64,000 nt of DNA from an uncultured virus (IMG/VR IMGVR_UViG_2061766007_000877) (taxonomy: Duplodnaviria > Heunggongvirae > Uroviricota > Caudoviricetes). The stretch's first letter is position 1. Each line of letters begins with the position of its first letter. Both the position numbers and the translations under genes were made by a program. The stretch lies in IMG/VR virus record IMGVR_UViG_2061766007_000877; one strand, given 5' to 3'. The notes beneath the pieces are model-generated. The model did no database searches. It was not told the DNA's origin and worked only from the letters and a program-made list of their open reading frames with translations. Shown in pieces: positions 1 to 11,600 of this stretch.

Positions 1-147
1 TTCACTGATGACATGTCTCTAATGAACAATAATTACCCGTCACCTAAAAGGTATCAATTCGTTAGTGAGCATATTGATAACTATACTGATTACAGAAACT
101 ATAAGATTTACGATTGTGGTTATTCAAAAGTTTGTAGTTTATTATAG
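1..147 (+). CDS. C-terminal fragment of a protein, possibly a Hef-like homing endonuclease-related protein (partial)
   Basis: Frame 1 is open from the window edge to TAG at 145-147 and ends ...YKIYDCGYSK, resembling the IYDCG end motif of Hef-like phage endonucleases. Only a fragment is visible. Confidence 0.3.
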   Translation, partial: FTDDMSLMNNNYPSPKRYQFVSEHIDNYTDYRNYKIYDCGYSKVCSLL

Positions 148-158
148 GATATATAATT

Positions 159-603
159 ATGCTTACTAATGACTTGTATAGTACAAAATTAGAGCTTAAC
201 GTCATAGATTATTTTTGTACTTTTGAATGGCTATTGAGTTATGTAGGAATTGATTTTCCTAAAGAATCCTCTACTTGCTTCTGCCCTTTTCACGATAATA
301 CTCATACAAAAGCTGCTAAGTTTTATAAAGAANNNNNNNNNNNNNNNNNNNNNNNNNNNNNNNNGTTTTGCTGAAGGCAAGCAATACAAGCCACATCATC
401 TGCTAACAATGGAAATTGTTCCATTCACTGTAAATCATGTCTTCTCTGCTATTTGGGCTAATTTATCAGATGAAGAAAAAAGTATTTTCTCTGATGACTT
501 AAAAGAGTATCAGGTAGGAAAAGATTTTAGCAAGTATTATGATAGTTACAAAAAGTGCAAATTAAAATACTTTGATTTATTATCTATTCTTAGGAATTCC
601 TGA
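159..603 (+). CDS. Small CHC2-type zinc-finger protein (primase zinc-binding-domain-like)
   Basis: CFCPFHDNTHTKAAK motif. ORFs 159 and 250 joined across the N-gap. AGGA RBS upstream. Confidence 0.55.
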
Positions 604-637
604 AATGCAATCTTAACATGTTAAGGAGATAGGAAAT

Positions 638-3300
638 ATGATTAAAAATGAGACTAGGGAGTCTGCACATTTAAAGTCCCGCGTTAAAGACCTTTCTGTG
701 GTCCCAAATCTAGTAAGCTTCACTGGCTTATTCACTGCTATCACTCCTATTGCAAAATTAGAGAAGAATCCTGATACTGGTTGTTACGATCCTATTCTAA
801 TTCGTGATACAGATAGCTTAATTGCAAATTTTGGTGATCCTCGTATTGACCCTGAAAAATATATTGACCTTTACAGCATTATGCAGGTTGTTGGTAATGG
901 TACCTCTTGCTATGTAGCAAAAGTTGATTCAGGCCCAACCGGTATTTACGAGTTTGTATTAGTTGAAGAAAAGAATGTTATTGATGAAGCTAATATAGCA
1001 GCTGATTTAGANNNNNNNNNNNNNNNNNNNNNNNNNNNNNNNNGTGGTTTACATAATGAGTATTCAATAATAAAAATTATTGCACACCCATCACAAGACG
1101 CTAAAGCCTCTGCAGAAACAAGTAAGACTGTTGATTCTACAACATATACCATCACATATACAGCTGTCGATAACGGCAGTGAACTTAATGGGCATAAAGT
1201 ATCAATCCATGCTAAAGACGGTGCACCTTCAGTTTATGTTGTCGATTTAAAAGATGAAAATGGTGCATCAACCACCTATGATATTGACACTTCTGGTGAA
1301 ACACCAAGTTTACCATCAGATGCAAAGATAACATTGAGTGGTTGGGCATCCGCCGCTGGCCCAATAGACNNNNNNNNNNNNNNNNNNNNNNNNNNNNNNN
1401 NCTTCAGCTGATCCAGATCAGAGAGATTGGGAACTAGACAATGTAGCTACAAATTTTGAAAACGACACAACAGCTGGCCATGAAGGTGAAAAGATACTTA
1501 CAGTTAGTGTGTTAGGTGATAGAGCTCCAGGCAGTATAACGATTCAAAGTGCAGAACTTGATCCTGAATATGGTAGAGAAAAGTTTGGCCAGGAAACTCC
1601 AACTTCTCAATTAGATGACGTTTTACGCCAGCACACAGACACTGGTGAAAAAGATCCTTATCACGGTAAGACTGTTTATGAAAGTAGATGGCTAAATCGC
1701 AAGTATAATATCATTGACATTAAAGACGGTACAACAACCATCTCACATGATAACTACACAGTTGCATGGGATAGCAAAGACGGTAAATATATTTTAAGAG
1801 TTGTATTTGAAAGTGGTGCAGCTCCAGCTGGAACAGTTACAATTGGCGCTGTTGCTCGTGAAGATAAAGCAATTATTGCATACTCTTCAATGGCTGAACC
1901 TCTTGAGATTAAATACACATTAACACAGGCAAAACCATACTCATTGAAGTTATTTTATCTAAATGTTGACGCGGTTAGTAATGGCAATAAGTTAGGGTCA
2001 GCTAAGGTTAAGCTTGAAAAGACAACTACAAACCAGCAACTAATCAATAACATTAATTCATCACTTCAGACATATGCTCGATTTGAATTAGTTGATCAGT
2101 CAACAAGAACAGCATGTGAAGTTAACGATTTAAGCAATCATTCAATAGTTAAATCATTGCTTGATGAATATGCACCTTACGAAGATGGTCAACGTGCTAA
2201 TTTAGCAAACACAGGTAATCCACAAACATTAACAACACCATCTGTTCTTTCAAGACCTGACTTCAAAGTAACTCTTCAAGATTACATAAATGCTCAAGAG
2301 CTCTACAAGGATCGTAAGTATGTTGGTTGCTTAATGGCAGACTTTGCAGCACCGGTTACACATTTGATGGATGGTGTAACAGCAATGGTTGATGGTAAGC
2401 ATGTAATGCCCCTTGATCCTGAAGAACGTCGTTCATTACATTATTATCTAAAACAAATCGCATGTGAACGTAAGGATGCAACAGTAATTCTTTCAACACC
2501 TTTCACAAAAGGTCACACCGATCCTTATACATTATTCACAAAAGATGAAATCTGTGATTGGGTTGCTTCACAGGGTGACTATGCTGATCTTTGGGAGTAC
2601 GGCTCAGGCAATACAACAGATTATTCAATTCAGAGCTTCTATCTTGAAATTTACTATTCATGGCTCAACATGCAGTGCACCAAGATTGAGAATGGCCTCG
2701 CCAAATCAGTCAAGGTTAAAATTCCACCTTCAAATGTTGTCGTGAATAACATTTTGACATCATGGCGTGAACGCGGTGTTCAGTATCCAGTTGCCGGCGA
2801 TCAAGGTGGAACACTTCCTGATACATGCACAATTCTTCAGAATCCAAAGACAAAACTTGATCGTGACCAGTTAGTACAATATCGTATAAATCCTATTTGG
2901 GACACTGGTACACGTGGTATTCAGATTTACGGCAATGAAACATTAAATGCTGGTTACACAGATCTTAATGCTGCACATATTGCTCGTACTCTTGTTTACA
3001 TTCGTAGTCGTGTTGATGAATACACTGAAACATTGAAGTTCTTAATTAACAGCCGTGTTCTTTGGGATACTTGGANNNNNNNNNNNNNNNNNNNNNNTTC
3101 TTGAACCTCTACAGTCTGCTAATGCTCTCAGCAGTTTCCGTGTTTCAATGGGTGAAGATACAACTTCACGTGAAGAGATCGCAAACAGAATGATTAAGGG
3201 TAATGTAGAATTGACGTTCTATCAATCAGCTGAAATCTTCGACCTCTCATTCATTGTTTACTCATCTGCTACAACAGTTGATGAAGCAAATCCATTATAA
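638..3300 (+). CDS. Contractile tail sheath protein with large central insertion
   Basis: Three ORFs joined across N-gaps (1402-1508 read open). N-terminal FGDP...CYVAKV. C-terminal sheath motifs RINPIW, IYGNETL, HIARTLVYI, EEIANRMIKGNVELTFYQSAEIFDLSF. Confidence 0.9.
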
Positions 3301-3323
3301 TTTAACCTAATAGGTTAAATAAT

Positions 3324-3362
3324 AAAACCCATACATTGTATATATTACAGTGTATGGGTTTT
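3324..3362 (+). terminator. Hairpin terminator with embedded TGTATAT motif
   Basis: AAAACCCATACATTGTA-TATAT-TACAGTGTATGGGTTTT after the sheath stop. Confidence 0.75.
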
Positions 3363-3387
3363 TATTTTATTAGTAAAGGTTACTTGT

Positions 3388-4071
3388 ATGACTATTGAGA
3401 TTCCAAAGAAGTTTAACATAAATCGTATTGCTATATTATACAGGGACCTGTTGTCAAGCTCTTTAAAGCCTTTGAGTGAAAAAGATAAAGCAACCCTATT
3501 GAACATTCAACCTGTGAGTAAAGTTGTTGCGATAGGTGACGTTGACTTATCTAATTGGACAGCGTATCCTCTTACATATTTACTAGATAGGAAATTAGTT
3601 GCTCCAACTGTTCTTGATGAATCAAAGATTTATCAATCATGGCAAGCAATGCGAACTCATAATGAGAACGTTGCTCATCCGCAAACACTTATAAGTCAGA
3701 GCGTTGTTATTAGAATAATTGGTCTTGATAATTCTGCAAACATGAATGATTATATCAATTCTTTTATTAGTGCATGTATAGCTTCTGATGTTTGTAAAAT
3801 TATTTTTGTTATTATTGATGGAAACAAGAAATTTTATAAGGACAGCATTTACATAAGGAAAACGAACTCAACTTTTATTGAAACTTCGACAGGAAAACCT
3901 TACATTGTTGAAAGTCCTCCATTGTGCATATCACCAGATCAAATAACATTTTTCAATTATAGTAGAAAGATGTCAAAGGCGGTTGTACAAGCAAATGTCC
4001 CATCAACTTCAACAGTTACAAGAAAGAAGAATAATTGCTCGTCTATTCTTGACGATCCTGATATGTTTTAG
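3388..4071 (+). CDS. Hypothetical protein
   Basis: 227-aa ORF with AAGG RBS. No motif recognised. Confidence 0.7.
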   Translation: MTIEIPKKFNINRIAILYRDLLSSSLKPLSEKDKATLLNIQPVSKVVAIGDVDLSNWTAYPLTYLLDRKLVAPTVLDESKIYQSWQAMRTHNENVAHPQTLISQSVVIRIIGLDNSANMNDYINSFISACIASDVCKIIFVIIDGNKKFYKDSIYIRKTNSTFIETSTGKPYIVESPPLCISPDQITFFNYSRKMSKAVVQANVPSTSTVTRKKNNCSSILDDPDMF

Positions 4072-4160
4072 TTTGTTACACGATATCTATTATCAGTGTA
4101 TATTTAATCCACTTTGTTTAAGCGGTTATAACTTTTACATTTAATTAAGGAGATAATTTA

Positions 4161-4705
4161 ATGCGTACACGTAAAGAAATTTTAGAATCACGTATTGCTC
4201 GTCTTGAGAAATTACTCGCTGCAAATAAACCAGTAAAGAATGAAGCATTAGATATTGATGAAGGTGAAATTGAATCCCTCGCTGAAGAAATTATGATGGA
4301 TGCTATTTCAGCAGATTATCGCTGGGGCAATGACGCACGTGGTCAGATTGATTTCATGCGTGAGTTTGACAAATTGGCAGATGGTCGTAATCCTGCATTA
4401 GTTAATGAAGTANNNNNNNNNNNNNNNNNTTGAATGTTTCACCACGTGAATTACGTCCATTTAAAGCCACTATTGCCCGTGTAGCTTCAGAATGTGCAGC
4501 TGACATTCTTGATGCTTATTGTGTTCCTGATGGTGATGCACCTGAACGCTGGGTAGAGTGGATGGATGATTTAGGTGTTGATCCTGATGATATGCCAGAA
4601 CGTTGCCGCAAGATTTATTTTGATGTTGTTGGAAGAAATGAGTGCGGCGGCCGCAGATGTGAATCACGTAAATTAAACCGTCGTAGTATGAAGCGACGTG
4701 TTTAG
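4161..4705 (+). CDS. LExRIxxLE-leader protein (acidic core, Arg-rich C-tail), putative head-packaged internal protein
   Basis: MRTRKEILESRIARLEKLLAANKPVKNE|A. ORFs 4161 and 4430 joined across the gap. AAGGAG RBS. Confidence 0.7.
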
Positions 4706-4743
4706 ATTAAAATGTGTAAGCTACTATAGCTAAATAAATAGTT

Positions 4744-4773
4744 AAACTCCAGTAGTTAATTCTATTGGGGTTT
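4744..4773 (+). terminator. Hairpin terminator followed by TGTATATAT
   Basis: AAACTCCAGTAG-TTAATT-CTATTGGGGTTT, then TTGTATATATT at 4776. Confidence 0.65.
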
Positions 4774-4853
4774 TATTGTATATATTCTATTGCAATGCTA
4801 AAGAGAACAGCTATTGCACTTATGCCTTTTAGCCAATTAGGAGTTTAAGAAAT

Positions 4854-7127
4854 ATGGCACCAAGAAAAAAGAAAGATGAATCTGATACTACAACATTGAA
4901 ACGCGGTGAGGCTTACGAGCATTACATTCCTGCCGNNNNNNNNNNNNNNNNNNNNNNNNNNNNNNNNNNNNNNTCATCTAATAAAAACTTATGATGAACT
5001 TAAAGCATTTTATGACAATGAGTTTAAGCCAAACTCTTTCTTTGCATGGGATACTGAAACAACCTCACTTGATCCTACACAGTCGGTTTCTCGTGGAGAT
5101 ATGGTTGAAGGAAAAATTGTAGGCTATTCATTTACACAGAACGGAAATGATGGTTACTATGTTGCTATTGACCATCCTGATGCTCATATAGGTTATAAAG
5201 GGTTAAAAGTTCTGTATGCAATGATTTGTAGATCAAGACTGCATATGCTATACAATGCAAGATTCGATATGCGGTTCCTTGAACACATGACTCCAGAGAA
5301 GTATGATTATACACCTGCACCTGATGAGAAGATTTATCCATTTGATCTTTCAAAGACTAAATACTTTGATGTTCAGTGTTCGGTTTGGTTAGCTGATACA
5401 AATATCCCAATGCCTTCATTGAAAAAGTCAGAAAAGCATTTTCTTGGTTGGAATCCTCCTACATTTGCAGACACAGTAGGTAATGAAACAAACTTTGGGT
5501 ATTTACCTGCTGAACAGGGATATCGTTATGCCTGTATTGACGCATTAGGCACATATCATTTATTCTTCAAGACAGAGAGATTTCTTGCTGAATCAGGTGC
5601 TGCAGGTAAACTTGATAATGAAGTTCTTTATCCTTTAATGAGATTAGAGAACACACCTGTTTACATTGATCATGATTATCTTGCATCTATGAAAGATGAT
5701 ATTCGTAATCACCTTAAAGAATTAAAAGAATATCTCTACGAGCAGGTTGGTGGTAATGAATATAATATCAGCTCAGGTCGTGAACTTGTTGGTGTGTTTC
5801 AGCAGTTAGGAATTGACACCGGTGCAAGAACTGCAACTGGTCAAATGAAAACTGATATTAAAACAATTGAGAATTATCAGGTTACACACGGCAGCAATGA
5901 ATATCTAAACAAACTTGTCGAATACAAAAAGCTGTTCAAATTTGACAATTCATATTTGGAAACGCTTTTGAAAATCTCATCGCCTGATGAAATGAAAAAG
6001 CACCCAATTAGATTTAACTATTTTACATGTCGTGTTCCTACTGGTCGTCTTGCATGTGGTACAGATGGCAAGAATACATTTTTCAGTCCTGTAAATTTCC
6101 AATCACTTCCAAAACCACACTCACATAATTATCATTGCCATAAAGCAACTGATGAACAGATCGCAAAAGGTGAAGATCTTTGCGGTTATATTTTTGATGA
6201 TAACCCAGAAGGCAGCCTCGGTTTAGTTGAAGGTCAGGATCCACATCTTAATGTTCGTAAATCAATTAGACCTCCTACTAATGATGCCGTAATAGTTTCG
6301 GTCGATATGAAAGCTGAGGAACTTCGTCTTGCTGCAAATGTGTTTAATGAGCCAACATGGATAAACGCATTTAATACAGGACAAGATGTTCATAAGATGA
6401 CAGCAATAAAGATCTTTGGTGAAGAGAATTATTGTAAAGAGGCTCGTAAGAAAGCAAAGACCGCTAACTTTGGAATTCTATATGGGTCATNNNNNNNNNN
6501 NNNNNNNNNNNNNNNNNNTTTCCTGATATGACACTTGAAGAATGTGAAGATTTCATTGATAAGTTCAAAGCAGCATTGCCTTCTATTGAAGCTGCACAGA
6601 GAAATGCTGTTAGGTTTGCAAAAAAGAATGGTTATGTTAAAACATATTTTGGCAGACCTCGTCGAGTTAAGTTCTATATCAACAGCCCAAGCCGTTCATT
6701 GCAAGGATTTGCAAAACGTACATGTAGCAACACTGTTGTTCAAGGATGTGCAGGTGACGCGTTGAAGTTGATGGTTGTTAGATTATGGAATGATTTGTTT
6801 ACAAAGTACTATGATAAAGGTGTAAGGTGGATTGGTACAATTCACGATGAGATCAATTATCTTGTACCAAAGAGTTTGCTCGATGAAGTTGTTCCAATTA
6901 TTATGCAATGCCAAACAATTAAACTTCCTGATTGGCCTGTACCGCTCCTCCCCGACCTATCAATAGGAAAATCTTTCGGTGAGTTGATTCCTTTTGAATA
7001 TGACTTTGATACACATAAATATAAACCTGCTGTTGAAGAAATGAAACATGACTCACATGAAGTTGTAAACGAACCTGTTGAAAGTTATGTTCCAGAGGTT
7101 GAAGACGATTACGATTATATGCAGTAG
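4854..7127 (+). CDS. DNA polymerase family A with 3'-5' exonuclease
   Basis: Exonuclease motifs WDTETT, YNARFD, YACIDA. Polymerase motif A VSVDMKAEELR, motif B RKKAKTANFGILYG, motif C TIHDEI. ATG at 4854 after AGGAG. Joined across gaps. Confidence 0.95.
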
Positions 7128-7136
7128 CCTCTTCAC

Positions 7137-7174
7137 ATGTAGTGATTTTATATCAAATTATAGAATCACTACAT
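7137..7174. repeat. Intergenic inverted repeat
   Basis: ATGTAGTGATTTTA...TAGAATCACTACAT with no clear U-tract. Confidence 0.55.
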
Positions 7175-7201
7175 ACAATCACTATGTGAGGTAAATAGGC
7201 T

Positions 7202-7510
7202 ATGTCATTAAGCAATCGCGATATTATAAAGTCAATTAAAGATGTGGGTCTATGTTTGCAATCAATGATAAAGACCCGTTATAACAAAAATGTGAAGCTT
7301 ATATTTACAACAGGTAAATATAAATCACTGTATGTTAGTTTCTATAAATCTCCGTATGTATATCAGTTCTACGTTGAAGATAGAAATGGGTATTATAACG
7401 TTTACCTGTTAAGAAATGAAAACATTGTTAGAAAAGATATGATAAAAAGAGAAGAACTGATTGAGAGATTTTATCAGAAGATGATTTACTTTTTCAGAAT
7501 AATTCATTAG
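7202..7510 (+). CDS. Hypothetical basic protein
   Basis: 102-aa ORF with GAGG RBS. Confidence 0.65.
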   Translation: MSLSNRDIIKSIKDVGLCLQSMIKTRYNKNVKLIFTTGKYKSLYVSFYKSPYVYQFYVEDRNGYYNVYLLRNENIVRKDMIKREELIERFYQKMIYFFRIIH

Positions 7511-7522
7511 GAGCATGTTAGT

Positions 7523-8570
7523 ATGGAAGGTATTGATGATCTTAAAACTGATGCGAACATAGCAAATATTCTTAAGCGATTAAAAGACACTAAACCAAAC
7601 AAAGTCACTGTAACAGACGATGACACTTTGTCTGTTAATGATAACGATGAAACTAAACCTGAATCTAAACAGGNNNNNNNNNNNNNNNNNNNNNNNNNNN
7701 ATTGAAGAAATTCCTACTGTTGCTGTTGATAGAAAAAATGACCCACAGGTAAATGATTATCTTGAGGACAATGAGTTTGTTGAAGAAGACATCTTACCGT
7801 GGTTTTCAAAAGCTGACAAAGATCTTGATCTGTTGCACTATATTACAATGAATGGGTCAGGTGGTCTTGAATATTGTAGCATTAAAACAGATCGTCCAGC
7901 AGAGGTAATAGCATCATTAAAGATAAAGCCTGATTACCTCTGTGATATTGATTACTATAAATCAAAGCATTACGTTTTGTATGTAAAACAACTTGAAAGC
8001 AATTATTCAAACAGTAGATTATATACACCCGAAAGCAAAACCATAGTTGTAGATGAGACACAAATCGTCCCTGATGATTCAGTTGCAACTGAATCAGTAA
8101 CTACAAATCCTGACTTTGTAAAAGTTTCGTCTGACGATTTAACAGCTGCTGTTGCAAACGCGGATAGATATAACCATTATGTTGTGTTTACTGATTTAGG
8201 CATTGCAGATTTCATTGCAAAGTCTGATGATGTTACATGTTCTTGTTGCAGTCCTGATTTGAATAAATGGTTTGAAGAGACATCAAATCACATTCAGTTA
8301 AAGAACACAGAGTACGATGCAAATCCTCGTGTTATAAGTGAAGACGCGGCATCTATCAGAGATTTCAAATATGACATTATTACAATGCATAGACCAGGTG
8401 TAATTACACTGGATTCAGTTGATAATGCTGACCCTGATTATCAAGTACACATTAAATTGAAAGATGAATATAGCTTCTTACCAATGAATCGTGTTCTTGG
8501 TTGTTTGAAGAATTACGCATCTAGCGACNNNNNNNNNNNNNNNNNNNNNATTCTTGAACAAGTACTTTGA
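7523..8570 (+). CDS. Hypothetical acidic protein
   Basis: ORFs 7523 and 7620 joined across the N-gap. AGGAG RBS. Confidence 0.65.
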
Positions 8571-8606
8571 TATAGTTGTTTAACTGTTATATTGCAGTTA
8601 GTATTT

Positions 8607-8640
8607 AAGCTTAGTTAGTATCAATCTACTAACTAAGCTT
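8607..8640 (+). terminator. Hairpin terminator
   Basis: AAGCTTAGTTAGTA-TCAATC-TACTAACTAAGCTT followed by a T-run. Confidence 0.7.
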
Positions 8641-8667
8641 TTATTTTATCCTAAGGAGGATAAACAC

Positions 8668-11600
8668 ATGCCAAGGTTTGATTCTTCTGAACAGACTGTT
8701 ACTCCTGTATTTGACAGAGTAGCAACAAAAGTACTTGATAATATATATAAATACTTAAAAGATAATAAAGATTCTGGCCAGGATGATGGTAGACGAGAGA
8801 TAATTGAGCGTCTTGATAGATTAAACGATACAGCAGATGATGGTTTTACTGCAAGAGGTAGTAACGACCGTGCAACTCAGGCTGCACTAAAGGGTATATT
8901 AGGCAACCAGAAAAAAGAAATGGCCTCGAATGGTAAAGATAGAGCTACACAAAGAGCACTGTTCGGTAAGATGGACAACACAATGCGTAACTCATCAAAG
9001 ATGACCAGCGATGCTATTTCTAAAATGAGTGGCAAATTATTAGGTGCACTTGGCAGCTTAAAGAACTTCTTAGGTCAGCATCTAAATAGGTCAATACAGG
9101 CGGAGATGGAACTGCAAAAAGTGATGCGCTTAAACTTTTTAACGTCATCACAAAAGGATAAAGTAAACCAAATTGCACAAAATGTTGTAGGCACACAGCT
9201 TGGCGCAAATATTGGTAAAGAAGAGGTTACTCAGTATTTCAGTGAGCTAATCGCAGCAGGTAAAGATTTAGAGCTAATGGGTAGTGAGCAAGCAGGTGCA
9301 TTTGCAGCATTGCGTAAGATGGGTATTGATGAAAATAAAGCCTATACTTTAGCAATGAGTGCAAACGCAAAAGATCTTCAGAGAGTTGTTAATGCTGCAG
9401 CTAACCCTAAAGTAAGAGCGTCATTGACTGGTGCTATTAACGGCATGGAAGATTACGAACTTGCTGTTGGCGGTATAAGCAGGAATCTTAATAATTTAAC
9501 AGATGGCGCCGAGGCAGCTGCTAAGACATTAGGTACAACTGCAATAGCAACAGGTAAGTCAGCTGACATTGTTAGAGACTTTGCTTATGGTGCATCCGGT
9601 CAGTTAGAAAAAGTAAGCGGTAATTTAGCCGCAGTTGCTGGTGGTGTGCATCAAAGTGCGGATGAACATTTTAAGGCAATAGACAAAAGCCTTAAGTCAG
9701 CAGATGATATACAACGTCGTGCAATGGGTGCGATGGGTGATGAAATGATGGCGGCCCTTGCAAATGCTAGTGCTGATAAGGCTATGATGAGTGCAAAGGG
9801 TAATAAGACTGAGCAAGGATTAAGATCTAATAAAGAAAACGCGGCTGCACTTGCTACAAACACAAAAGATGGCCAGGTACAGCAATTCATTGATCAGTTT
9901 TGGGCTAATCTTGACAAGAAAACGGGCGGCAAGATTTCTGTAATAAACAGAAAACTTGATGAGTGGTTTGGTGGCAGCATAACAATAACACAGCTAGCAG
10001 GGGCAGTTGCAGGTTCATTGTTAATGCTTGGAAAGACAATCTTATCAGGTGGTCTTGTACTTGGTAAATTTATTCTTAATGGCGTTAAGAATGCTATAAG
10101 CGGTGCTAGTAACTTTATTAGGAAAGGCTTATCATCAATACCAAAGATTGCAACAGCTGTAAAAGATGGCATTGTATCTGTTGTTAAGGGTGTTAAGAAT
10201 GTTGTTGGTGGAGTAACATCAGCAGTTGGTAATTTAGGTACAAATATAAAGAATGGATTTAATGCTGCAACAGATAAAATAAAATCAATATCACAGGGTG
10301 TTAAAAGCAGCCATAACGATGAGCCTACATCGAAGTTAGGTAAAGTCGCAAGATCAATAGGTGACACATTAAAGACAGCAGGTAAAGTAACCGCTGCAGG
10401 TATTAAAGCAGCAGGTAATGCAGCAAAATCTGCATTAAAGTCAGCATCAAAAGGTTTCGGTTCTGCATTGAAATCAGCAGGAAAGGTTGTAGCAAAAGGA
10501 TTGAGGACTGCAGGTAGTGCAGCAGCAAAAGGTTTACGCACTGCAGGAAGATTAGGTAAAGCTGCAGGCGGCTTAGTTGGTGGCGCTGCATTATTAGGTG
10601 GTATATCAGCATTAGCAAAGAACATACAGTCAGAAGGCCCATCGTTTGTACGCGACATGATAAACACAGCGGTTGACTTTATTAAAAATGATTTGCCAAC
10701 TGTAATAAAAGCACTTATAGACGCTTTACCTGAATTAGTAACTGCAATCACAAATGAATTGCCAGGCATTGTTTCGATGTTCGTTGACAATTTACCGACA
10801 ATAATAAAAGCAATCACAGACGCGTTACCAAATGTTATATCAGCACTTACACAACAGCTACCAAGAATCATAACAGCATTGTGCAACGCACTGCCACGGG
10901 TTATTACTGCAATTGTTCAGAATTTACCAACAATAATAACAGCAATAGTAAATTCATTACCAACTATTATAACAGCTATTTGTGAGGCTTTGCCAACAAT
11001 AATTACTGCAATTATTGATGCTTTACCAAAANNNNNNNNNNNNNNNNNNNNGCACTCCCACAAATCATAACTGCTATTTGTGACGCCCTACCACAGATTA
11101 TTTCTGCAATTATTGATGCTTTACCAAAAATTATAATAGCAATATGTGAGTCATTACCAAAAATTATAGTGACAATCTGCGAAAAGATTCCTGATATTAT
11201 TACAGCAGTTATTAGCAAAATACCTGACATTATTGTTGCATTAGTTGAACACATTCCTGATATAGTAAAAGCAATAGTAACTGCATTAGGAAGTGGCTTA
11301 GGTAACATGATGGGCTCGATAGCTGACAAACTAGGTCTTGTTGACAAAGGTGGTCATGCTGTAGATAACTCTAAAACGCTTGCTGAACAAAAGAGAATAA
11401 ATGATATTGGTGTTAAACGTCGTAATGAATTAGCTAAGATGGATCAGTCGAAGCTAATGGGCATCATTACAGAATTAGCAAAGACGAACACAGATGTTGC
11501 AGCTAATTTAAAGAGCGGCGTGTATGACGGCAGATNNNNNNNNNNNNNNNNNAATTAGATGGGCTACTGCAAACCAAGATAAAGCCGTCACAATGAACGA

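Noticed and set aside
638..652. Sheath N-terminus MIKNE resembling the leader cleavage site
   Set aside because: It lacks the LExRIxxLE helix, sheath is not a head-internal protein, and the match is likely chance.
6100..6260. Insert before motif A of the DNA polymerase as a possible intein
   Set aside because: Only about 45 aa, with no C/S...HN splice junctions or endonuclease motifs.
9894..10886. 330-aa minus-strand ORF and other minus-strand ORFs
   Set aside because: Antisense shadows of biased plus-strand genes with no recognisable motifs.
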